Assembly (NCBI GenBank): GCA_002269645.1
Contig: NIVC01001777.1
Coordinates: 153,429 to 217,428 of the forward strand
Length of the DNA stretch: 64,000 bases
Origin: Macrostomum lignano
Lineage: Eukaryota
Direction: 5' to 3'
A program made the translations under genes and the position numbers. Of the stretch, positions 11,952 to 45,200 are shown piece after piece; within the stretch, counting starts at the first letter, position 1, and every line of letters begins with the position of its first letter. The notes beneath the pieces are model-generated. The model was given only the letters and a program-made list of their open reading frames with translations, had not been told where the DNA came from and searched no databases.

Positions 11952-14900
11952 TCAATTTGACTGTCTTTTCTTTTTAGCTTCGCGAAATTTCTCTTTGAGT
12001 CTGGCCAGCCTGGTAGCCACTTTGTCCATCACAGCTTTGAGTCTATCGACGCCCCATTGCAGATCGGCAGTGCGCTCTTTCATTTCCAGCCTGCGATCGA
12101 CAATGTCATCATCGTCGTCATCGTAGTCGTAGATGACCTCGCTATTGGGTCAGCTGGTGCGTTTTGGCGAAGTTTTTCTCTGGCCTGTTGGTTTTTAGTT
12201 CGATTGATAATTGGCTATGTAGAGATGGTGGGCATTGTCTATACAAGGTTGAATTTACCCTATATGTACAATAGATGGGCCGGTTTAGATATGCAAGGGG
12301 TGGATCTAGACAGGGTCATCAATATAGAAATTTATGTATACAGAAAAGAAGTGGAACAATAAGGGGTCAGTTAAAAAAGGGGAGGGGTCAATGTTCATAG
12401 AAGAGAGGGGGGGGTCACTTTGCATAGAGAAGGGGTCAATTTATATAGGAGGTCAATCTACACAGGGGAGGAGTCAATCTGTATAGGGGATGGGTCAATA
12501 TGCATATAAAGAATAGGTCAATCTGCACAGAGAATGGGTCAATATGCATATAAAGAATAGGTCAATCTGCACAGAGAATGGGTCAATCTGCATAGAGAAT
12601 AGGTCAATCTGCACAGAGAATGGGTCAATCTGCATAGAGAATGGGTCAATCTGCACAGAGAATGGGTCAATATGCATATAAAGAATAGGTCAATCTGCAC
12701 AGAGAATGGGTCAATCTGCATAGAGAATAGGTCAATCTGCACAGAGAATGGGTCAATCTGCATAGAGAATGGGTCAATCTGCATAGAGAATGGGTCAATC
12801 TGCACAGAGAATGGGTCAATATGCACAGAGAATGGGTCAATCTGCATAGAGAATGGGTCAATATGCACAGAGAATGGGTCAATCTGCACAGAGAATGGGT
12901 CAATCTGCATAGAGAATAGGTCAATCTGCACAGAGAATGGGTCAATCTGCATAGAGAATGGGTCAATCTGCACAGAGAATGGGTCAATCTGCACAGAGAA
13001 TGGGTCAATATGCACAGAGAATGGGTCAATCTGCATAGAGAATGGGTCAATCTGCATAGAGAATGGGTCAATCTGCACAGAGAATGGGTCAATCTGCACA
13101 GAATAGGTCAATATGCATAGAGAATGGGTCAATATGCACAGAGAATGGGTCAATCTGCACAGAGAATGGGTCAATATGCATAGAGAATGGGTCAATATGC
13201 ATAGAGAATGGGTCAATATGCATAGAGAATGGGTCAATCTGCACAGAGAATGGGTCAATCTGCACAGAGAATGGGTCAATCTGCACAGAGAATGGGTCAA
13301 TCTGCATAGAGAATAGGTCAATCTGCACAGAGAATGGGTCAATCTGCATAGAGAATGGGTCAATCTGCACAGAGAATGGGTCAATATGCATATAAAGAAT
13401 AGGTCAATCTGCACAGAGAATGGGTCAATCTGCATAGAGAATAGGTCAATCTGCACAGAGAATGGGTCAATCTGCATAGAGAATGGGTCAATCTGCATAG
13501 AGAATGGGTCAATCTGCACAGAGAATGGGTCAATATGCACAGAGAATGGGTCAATCTGCATAGAGAATGGGTCAATATGCACAGAGAATGGGTCAATCTG
13601 CACAGAGAATGGGTCAATCTGCATAGAGAATAGGTCAATCTGCACAGAGAATGGGTCAATCTGCATAGAGAATGGGTCAATCTGCATAGAGAATGGGTCA
13701 ATCTGCACAGAGAATGGGTCAATATGCACAGAGAATGGGTCAATCTGCATAGAGAATGGGTCAATCTGCATAGAGAATGGGTCAATCTGCACAGAGAATG
13801 GGTCAATCTGCACAGAATAGGTCAATATGCATAGAGAATGGGTCAATATGCACAGAGAATGGGTCAATCTGCACAGAGAATGGGTCAATATGCATAGAGA
13901 ATGGGTCAATATGCATAGAGAATGGGTCAATATGCATAGAGAATGGGTCAATCTGCACAGAGAATGGGTCAATCTGCACAGAATAGGTCAATATGCATAG
14001 AGAATGGGTCAATATGCACAGAGAATGGGTCAATCTGCACAGAGAATGGGTCAATCTGCACAGAATAGGTCAATATGCATAGAGAATGGGTCAATATGCA
14101 CAGAGAATGGGTCAATCTGCATAGAGAATGGGTCAATCTGCATAGAGAATGGGTCAATCTGCACAGAGAATGGGTCAATCTGCACAGAATAGGTCAATAT
14201 GCATAGAGAATGGGTCAATATGCACAGAGAATGGGTCAATCTGCACAGAGAATGGGTCAATATGCATAGAGAATGGGTCAATATGCATAGAGAATGGGTC
14301 AATATGCATAGAGAATGGGTCAATCTGCATAGAGAATGGGTTAATATGCATAGAGAATGGGTCAATATGCACAGAGAATGGGTTAATATGCATAGATAAT
14401 GGGTCAATATGCATAGAGAATGGGTCAATATGCATAGATAATGGGTCAATATGCATAGAGAATGGGTCAATCTGCACAACAAAATCAGGAAACAGTTCGC
14501 ACCTGCAGCCTGCGATCGTACCAATCCTTATCGGCAATTTTCTGTCCCCGACGTAACTGACGCAGCTTCTTTAAATGATGCTTCATCTTTTTGGCGTCAG
14601 ATTTTCGTTCGCGCGCTCGCGCCGCCGCCCGGCCGTCCAGACTCCAACGCAGAGCGGCGCGCGCCTTGCCGCTATCGTCGTTGGCGTCGTTGACGCCGTT
14701 GCTAAGGACGCACTGGCCATTCTTGGCAAAAACGATAGGAACAGTGGGAATGGAATCCTTGGCCAGTTTCATCTCCTTAGCTTCATCATTGGCAGGCTGT
14801 TTCTGGTCATTATTCTCGGTTGAATAGGCCGGCGGCGGCGACGGGGCAGTCGAAAAATCGAAATAGCGCTTCGGCAGCTTCCTTAGCAACCGGCCTGTTA

Positions 14901-17885
14901 GGCTGCCGAACTGCTCTCTGAACAATTTCACCGTAGCGTTAGTGAACTTCTTCATCAATGCGCCTCCGGGCGAATTTCCCAGCTTCCTTAGTAACCGTTC
15001 AGAAGCGTTATTAACGCCGCGAAGCAGGCCGTCGCCAACTTTAGCAGCTGTTGCTGTGCCGTTGCTAAGGGCGCTAAACCAAGCTGGATATTCATTGGAT
15101 AGGAAACGATCGAGCCTACCGCAAAGATCTTTCGAGTGTTTCGGTATAGAAGTTCGAAGCTGTTCGATTTCAACTTGAAGTTTTGCGTTCCGGGCTTTTA
15201 GCTCGTCCAACTGAAATTAGATATATAGATTTTATTTATAACTAATAGACTTCCTTAGCAACTAGAACCCAACCTTGATTTTACCAAGCAACCAATGCCT
15301 AAATTAGATTTACCCCTAGCAACCAACAACAAATAAGATTACTCCTAGCAACCAATGCCCAAATGAGATTTTCCTTAGCAACCAGCTATCAAATAAGGCT
15401 ACTCCTAGCAACCAATGCCTAAATGAAATTTTCCTTAGCAACCAGCTATCAAATAAGACTACTCCTAGCAACCAATGCCCAAATGAGATTTTCCTTAGCA
15501 ACCAGCTATCAAATAAGGCTACTCCTAGCAACCAATGCCCAAATGAAATTTTCCTTAGCAACCAGCTATCAAATAAGGCTACTCCTAGCAACCAATGCCT
15601 AAATGAAATTTTCCTTAGCAACCAGCTATCAAATAAGATTACTCCTAGCAACCAATGCCCAAATGAGATTTTCTTTAGCAACCAGCTATCAAATAAGATT
15701 ACTCCTAGCAACCAATGCCCAAATGAGATTTTCCTTAGCAACCAGCTATCAAATAAGGCTACTCCTAGCAACCAATGCCCAAATGAGATTTTCCTTAGCA
15801 ACCAGCTATCAAATAAGGCTACTCCTAGCAACCAATGCCTAAATGAAATTTTCCTTAGCAACCAGCTATCAAATAAGACTACTCCTAGCAACTAATGCCT
15901 AAACTAGATTCTACCTAGCAATCAATGACTAAATTAGATTACCCTAGCAACCAACCATACATTTCCTAATTAAGCGCCGACAGAAAAGTACATTGTGTAC
16001 CTGCAAATTCGCTTTAGTTGAGTTGCAAGCTCGCTCGGCTTCGGCAAGACGCTCCCCAAGCTCTTCATTTCTAGCCTTCTCCCTGTTGTACCGAGTTTTG
16101 TACAGCTCCATAGCAACACGAAGGGCGTCCTTCTCCTCCTCCGATTCGGCGTACAAGCTCTCCCATTTGTCCACGTACTCCTTCTGAACTAGGGTGGTTT
16201 TCAGTTCGCTGACTGACAGCTCCAGATTGTCGTAGCGCCGAGTGCAGGCGGCCAGGTCGCGGCGGAGGGCACGCGAACGGGCGGCCTGGCAAATTTGAGC
16301 CAAATTTATTGGCATCGATTTATAATGGCGGCTATACTGGGGTCAGTCTACCAGACTGAGAGTTGTAGCTTAATCTGGGAATCTGGGAGACTGACTCAGA
16401 AACTGAGACACTCTGAAAGGCTAATCCAGCAACTGAGGATCTGGGAGGCTGGCCCAGCAACTGAGGATCTGGGAGGCTGGCCCAGCAACTAAGGATCTGA
16501 GAGGATGGCCCAGCAACTGAGGATCTGAGAGGCTGGCCGAGAAACTGAGGATCTGAGAGGCTGGCCCAGCAACTGAGGATCTGAGAGGCTGGCCCAGCAA
16601 CTGAGGATCTGAGAGGCTGGCCGAGAAACTGAGGATCTGAGAGGCTGGCCGAGAAACTGAGGATCTGAGAGGCTGGCCCAGCAACTGAGGATCTGAGAGG
16701 CTGGCCCAGCAACTGAGGATCTGGGAGGCTGGCCCAGCAACTGAGGATCTGGGAGGCTGGCCCAGCAAATGGGGATCTGGGAGGCTGGCCCAGCAACTGA
16801 GGATCTGAGAGGCTGGCCCAGCAACTGAGGATCTGAGAGGCTGGCCCAGCAACTGAGGATCTGAGAGGCTGGCCCAGCAACTGAGGATCTGAGAGGCTGG
16901 CCCAGCAACTGAGGATCTGGGATTCTGGCACGCAGTCAGTTGCCCCAAAAAGTCGCACCTGGTCAGCCCGCCAGGCCCGGCAGCCGATCAGCAGTCGGCC
17001 ATCCCGTCCGCTTGAAAATCCATTGAAATGGCCCAGGCCGAGTCCGACAGCAAAGGCCAGCGCCACCAGGCACAGCACGCTCAGCCAGCCGTTCACCGGC
17101 TCATTCGGCCTGTGCCGGTACTGCCGCTGCCTGTGCCTGGCAGCCTCAGCCAGCATGGCTGGCAGCACGTGGCCATAGTCGGCTGAGTTGACGTCGCCGT
17201 CAGGCGGAGCCACAACCGCCGCCGAAGCCGCCGCCGCGCTAGGCAGCTCGGCAGCCAATCCGATGTCGCTTTCTGGCGGCGATTCGCGCTCGGCTTCGTT
17301 GCCGTCTTCGTCGTAGTCCAGCCATCGATGAATGATGCGAAGTCGGGCGGGTTCCGGCTCCGGCGGCGGCGTCGGTGGCGACGACTGCAGCGGTTGCTGC
17401 TGCTGCTGTTGCTCAGCCGATGTTGGAAGAGAGTTCTGCAGCAGACGAATTGCTTTTAGAATGCGTTGCTGTTCTGCTTGTCCGGAAAATTGTTGCTGCT
17501 GCTGCTGCACCTCGTTGCCAACAACAACCAAGTTTGCCGACGCGGCAACAGTCTCAGATGAAGCTTGCATAGAAGAAACCGGCTGCTGTTCGTCTTCTTT
17601 TAATTCGACACCAATGTCGATTTGATCGCCGCCGTCTAAGTTATTGTCGGCATCATTATCTTCGCAGGTGTCGTCAGCTTCAGACACTCGAAGCACTTCT
17701 ACAGAAGAGCTGCTACTATTTGTCGAATAGTTATTCTGTTGCTGACTGGCAGATGCGGCCGGCTGAGCTGGGTCGACAATCTCCCAGTCGGACGACGTGG
17801 CAATCGCGTCTGCTGGCGTCAAATTCGAAGTCAATTCATTTGATTCGGTAGATTTCTCTTTACTACTTCCGCTGCTTGTAGCCAT
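11952..17885 (-). CDS. CCPG1/PBXIP1-like type II membrane protein, 4 exons: 17885-16959, 16285-16001, 15210-14503, 12184-11952; ~717 aa after correcting a 1-bp deletion at 12147-12149
   Basis: Acidic disordered N-terminus with SSDWEIV; basic stretch then TM segment WLSVLCLVALAFAVGLGLGHFNG (cf. CCPG1 LVIAISMGFGHFYG, recalled); coiled coil; W..R..ARE repeats; three phase-0 GT-AG introns; ends ..KFREAKKKRQSN*. Confidence 0.75.
12400..14478. repeat. 21-bp minisatellite (AGAGAATGGGTCAATCTGCAC), ~2 kb, in CCPG1-like intron 3
   Basis: Read directly; ENGSICT periodicity in the ORF track. Confidence 0.98.
15250..15950. repeat. 60-bp minisatellite of two TAGCAAC-containing halves in CCPG1-like intron 2
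   Basis: Successive 60-nt lines 15361-15900 are nearly identical. Confidence 0.96.
16420..16925. repeat. 28-bp minisatellite (GGCTGGCCCAGCAACTGAGGATCTGAGA) in CCPG1-like intron 1
   Basis: Read directly; it inflates the 517-aa ORF past the true donor at 16958. Confidence 0.96.
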
Positions 17886-17984
17886 AGAAGTATTGATTAT
17901 CGATTTATTGATTAATTGACAGCATGCAGATAAATTTGATTTTTGCGTAACATATTACATGAAAAATTATTCAAAGTTCTATGG

Positions 17985-18760
17985 CTTAAACCCCAACTGT
18001 TGCTAGAACAATAGCAGGGAAACACACACTGTCTATGGCTTGAACCCCAGCTGTTGCTAGAACAATAGCGGGGAAACACACTGTCTAAACCCCAGCTGTT
18101 GCTAGAACAATAGCAGGGAAACACACACTGTCTATGGCTTGAACACCAGCTGTTGCTAGAAAAATAGCAGGGAAACACACTGTCTAAACCCCAACTGTTG
18201 CTAGAACAATAGCAGGGAAACACACTGTCTATGGTTTGAACCCCAGCTGTTGCTAGAACAATAGCGGGGAAACACACACTGTCTAAACCCCAACTGTTGC
18301 TAGAACAATAGCAGGGAAACACACACTGTCTATGGCTTGAACCCCAGCTGTTGCTAGAACAATAGCAGGGAAACACACACTGTCTATGGCTTGAACACCA
18401 GCTGTTGCTAGAACAATAGCAGGGAAACACACTGTCTAAACCCCAACTGTTGCGAGAACAATAGCGGGGAAACACACACTGTCTATGGCTTGAACACCAG
18501 CTGTTGCTAGAACAATAGCAGGGAAACACACTGTCTAAACCCCAACTGTTGCTAGAACAATAGCAGGGAAACACACTGTCTAAACCCCAACTGTTGCTAG
18601 AACAATAGCAGGGAAACACACGCTGTCTATGGCTTGAACCCCAGCTGTTGCTAGAACAATAGCGGGGAAACACACTGTCTATGGCTTGAACCCCAGGTGT
18701 TGCTAGAACAATAGCGGGGAAACACACTGTCTATGGCTTGAACCCCAGGTGTTGCTAAGC
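17985..18760. repeat. ~44-54-bp minisatellite (AACCCCAGCTGTTGCTAGAACAATAGCAGGGAAACACACACTGTCT..) upstream of the CCPG1-like ATG
   Basis: Read directly. Confidence 0.95.
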
Positions 18761-19499
18761 TATTTAAAACCGAATTAATAACGATCAAGTTTATTACTCA
18801 AAAGCTCTATAAGAAACTCAAACAGTTTATAATTGGTAGATAGGCACAACAAAAATTCTATTTTCAATAGATATTGTACCACAATTTTGACAATAAGTGA
18901 TTTAAATTATTACAGAATAAAACAGCTTAAACATCAAGATTAAAATAACAATGAAAATTGAAATGAAATGAGAGATTATTAAAGTTTCATGTGATGAAAT
19001 CATTGAAGAAGATATAATAGCAAACAAATTTATGCAAACGACACGATTATAGTTATTACAACATCATTATGATTATGATTATGATTAATTTGTTTGAACA
19101 CAGAGGCGCGCAAACTTTAAGATTAACTTTAAGCATCACAGATTTTTAATAAAAACACAAATAAGTTCTTACAAGCTCTACTAAGATAACAATAAATATA
19201 AATTATAGCGAGTATACACAGGTTGCAAATCTAGATTAGCAATCCATTAATGCACTATCTAGCACGAATATAAATAGGCTTCAAAGGGATTATAAATTAA
19301 TTAACTAAACAGAGCGAAAAAAATAAGAGAGGGACAGCATAACTGTAGGCTTTTAGTCTTTTTAAGTACACCTTGCACTATTCTAGCTACGAACGAACAT
19401 AAAATAAAGCATGTGATAAAATATTAGTTAAATATACCAGCAGCACTTTCGATATTTAAACTACACTGTATTCAAAATTTTAGTATTTTGTTACTTTCT

Positions 19500-19750
19500 A
19501 CTTGAGGGGCCATACCCCAGCGGCCCAGGCTCGATTCCAAGTGCAGTCGCATTAATTTGGGGCTGAATTGGAATCTCGGCTTGGCTCTGCTCGTGCAATA
19601 ACGGCTTTGAGCGCCAACCCCCAAGGCACAGTGAAGTGTACATGCCTAAAGATAAATGAAGTCAGGGCCGCTGTACACTCCTGTGTGAGTGTGTGACTGC
19701 GTACGTATCCGCGTGCTTGTATGCCTGCTCAGGGGAGTCGGCGGAACTTT
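19500..19750 (+). mobile_element. SINE-like element, longest copy (3 of 3), with a tRNA-like B-box segment
   Basis: cagcggcccaggctcgattcc resembles the tRNA-Glu T-arm (CGCGGCCCGGGTTCGATTCC); the body is shared with copies at ~1700 and ~2390. Confidence 0.5.
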
Positions 19751-20025
19751 AAGTTACTAAGGTTGTTCGTGTCATAACTCGAGTGTCTTGGAGCATCCAA
19801 TTTCATTGTTGAAATTTAGGTTTTTCAAGCTTGTTGCTAATAAATCCGCTTTTAATATTTTTGTAATTCTAGGAATTTTAGGACTTCTTCTGCGTCTGTG
19901 GCTCAAAGAAGTTAATTTCAAGTTAGAAGCATTCTCCTGCGCATAAAATATTGATTTCATATATTAAACCATAAAATGACAAATCGGCCTTCAAAAAAGT
20001 CTGACCACACAGTCTTATACCATCA

Positions 20026-42253
<22,228 letters not shown>

Positions 42254-45200
42254 ATGGATTATCGACTTGCTCTTGAAAACGCACAAAAAAATGTAGAGCA
42301 ACAAAAGCTGGCTCTTGAAAAAGCTAGCAAAGCCATTCAGGTTAGTAGATTGATTGTATTATATTTATGCCATTGTCTAGGAATAATTTTGTTCTCAAGA
42401 TTTTCTTAGGCCTACTATTGATTTTTGAATCTTACAACTGAAATATGGCTGAGACTACAGATTGTAATACAGTGTTGTAATATAAACACAATTAGGCCCA
42501 CAAATAGTTTATTATACTGCACTAATTTTCATTAAAGTTTCTTATGTTACAAGGCAGTGAGGCACCTTTAAAAACCCAGCATCATATATTTAAATATGAA
42601 ATTTATTCCAATATAAATTTTGATACATGATTAGCTTCTTTACTACTAGGCCTACTTAGGCTACCTAAATATGTCGCAATATAATATTATTTTTTACGAA
42701 GAGCTTGCGTGCACAGCCGCCGTTCACGTAAGCTTGAATTGCATGCACGGCAGAGCTATATCTTATAGGCTTATACAGTAAGGGCCTTTTCATATTGCTT
42801 GCTCTGGTTCCAGAACCAGAACCAATTTGTGAAGTATAACTTTTTGTCTCCATAACTAGAGGGAGATAGTGTTATAAAGTTTTTATTATTGAATGACAAT
42901 CGCCAAGAAGAAAATGAAAAATTGTGCTAAGTTAGGTTGTTAAGGCAGTCAAATAATAACAGAGTTTAATAGTTATATTGCTGTTTTTCTTGGAATTCCG
43001 AACCGATTCTTGTTCTAGAATTGGTAATATAAAAAGGCCTTAAGTCATATACTATTCAAATTAATATTCAAGTTAACAAAAAAACAATGAATTAAGATTA
43101 CATTTGGAGTGCATGGTGTATGAGGGATAAAACATTATAAAACAATGTAGTAAAAATATTTTTTAATTAGATTTGCCAATGCCAATGCGTGGATTTAAGG
43201 GCTCCAGTCCCGGCCAATTGCCGGCTGCCTTGCATGCAATTACAACACTAGGTGTACGGCTGCATACATGCAAATAAAGCACTAGGTAGATAGCCGCCCT
43301 GCACGCAATTCTGAGCTTACATAAACGGCTGCCGTGCACGCAAGCTCTTCGTATTTTTTATCTACTAAAAACAATTATTTCTATAACAATAAAAATGGAA
43401 GCAAAAATAAGTTTATTGCATATTTTGCCTTAAAATTTCAACCTAGAAGCTTAAAAATCTATATTGTTCTGATCCTAAGATTAAATCCTAGGATTGGCCA
43501 AATTTTAAGATTAAATCCTAGGATCCCGGGATAACAAAAAACTGGCAATCCCTAGCTAAGACACTCTTGTTCATTATACTAAATCATATGTCCAATTTCT
43601 TGAAAACAAAACAAAATCCAATTAAACAAGAAACAATAATGTAATTCTCACACCTAGGTCTAATCTGTTTAGATCATATAATAGTAGCAGTGTATACTAG
43701 AGGAAAAAATTATATATTAGCTAAGAGCATACTAATGAATACCAAAAATAGATAAGCAACAAGTAAAACTTGGCTTAACTATTAGCTGGCCTAGCTATGC
43801 CAATAATTATATAATTGTTTTTTGTCTCTAGAGTAGGGCAAAAAAGTAGTAAAGGGCCTAGGCTATAAGTTAAACTTGTATTCATACTAACATAATAAAC
43901 AGGTTAGTTGAAATATCTATGATAAATTAATAACTAGGATTGTCTGTGGGAAAGAATATGATAGACAAAGGGAGTTGACTAACTGAAAAGTACAAGGCTA
44001 AATTGCAAAACAGAAAGTACAAATTTTTTAAGGATAGAAATCTGACATGTGTTGTCTGATGTGGCATTCATGCATGTTTGTAATGTTTATAGCCCAAAGG
44101 GATAAATTGCTTAAACTATTTTTTCAATGCTAGGAAAAGGAAGTCTAAGCACTTCTTGCTGCTAATTAGTTCTTGCTAAAACCATTAACCAACCATTAAA
44201 TCTATCAACACCATGCTAGGAGGCCACCCTCAAATTGTTGGGAATCGTTAGGAATTGCTAAAGATAGAAAAAGTGTTTAAAAAACAGGAAGTTGTTAATT
44301 TTACTGTTTTAATAGCTTGGGGAATGTCCAAACATGCTAAAATCTGCTTTCATTTGGAGAAAATGCAAAAAAACATTTAAAAAATAGTTTATTAAATAAT
44401 TTGAGAAGAATGGTACTCTTTCTTTTCTACTAAACTCATCATATGATCATATGAATCATATGATAGTGTAGCAATTTAAATAAATTAGGCAGAAGGTGGT
44501 TTCAGTGTTGCCACCAATACTTGGCTCAAAAAAATCGCAGGGAACTAAAAAAATCGCAGCTAATTTTGAAGCTCACTAATCAGTGTATTGTGCACTAATT
44601 GTGTTCTGCCTTTATATTTATTGTCAATGTCAACCAAAAGATTTAGAAACTTAACAGAAGAAATAATGAAAAATTATTTGATTAACTTTTCATCAGCAAA
44701 ATCTAGTCATTGGTCAGTCAAAGTATAAAGTGTTGTTAATAAATAAAAAAGTTCAGCAATCAAACATGTATTAAATTGTAACAATATATAGCACTCATCA
44801 CGCCACTTGGTTCATGGGCCTTAATTTTTCTTCTTTAGAACTTTTGGCAGTCACGACAGAGCAGCGTACTCAGCCTGCCGCTTTTGTTTAGCCACCTCTT
44901 CAGCAACACTTGACGGTGCACTCAACAGCACTATGCTTGATTTTTAACCGTCGCACCTCGAAGCTAGACAAGCAAACTGCGGAGTCTTTCTTGGCTTCTT
45001 GTGCCTTTTGAAGTTTGATCATTGCATGCTCAATGTGTTGCTGCACTTGAGCGCGTCACAGTTGTAACAGGTAGGATTTTGGGTCTTGCCTGCACCTTCT
45101 GCTCACGTCGGATAACAAAGAATTGAACTCGAAGCACTGTTTTCTGGGCCCAGGCTGCTGCGGCCTACAGCCCAGCCAAGGCAATGGCCATGCCTTTAGG

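Noticed and set aside
17985-18760. Repeat with variable-length segments, superficially CRISPR-like (also 37050-37735, 61180-61960)
   Set aside because: The between-repeat sequences are themselves repeated rather than unique spacers; no cas genes; eukaryotic context.
19500-19545. tRNA gene
   Set aside because: Only a T-arm/B-box-like segment; no acceptor stem, D-arm or A-box.
43200-43330. Spliced-leader RNA gene (TGCATG words)
   Set aside because: No leader-GT-Sm site arrangement; the sequence is part of the TA-flanked MITE arm.
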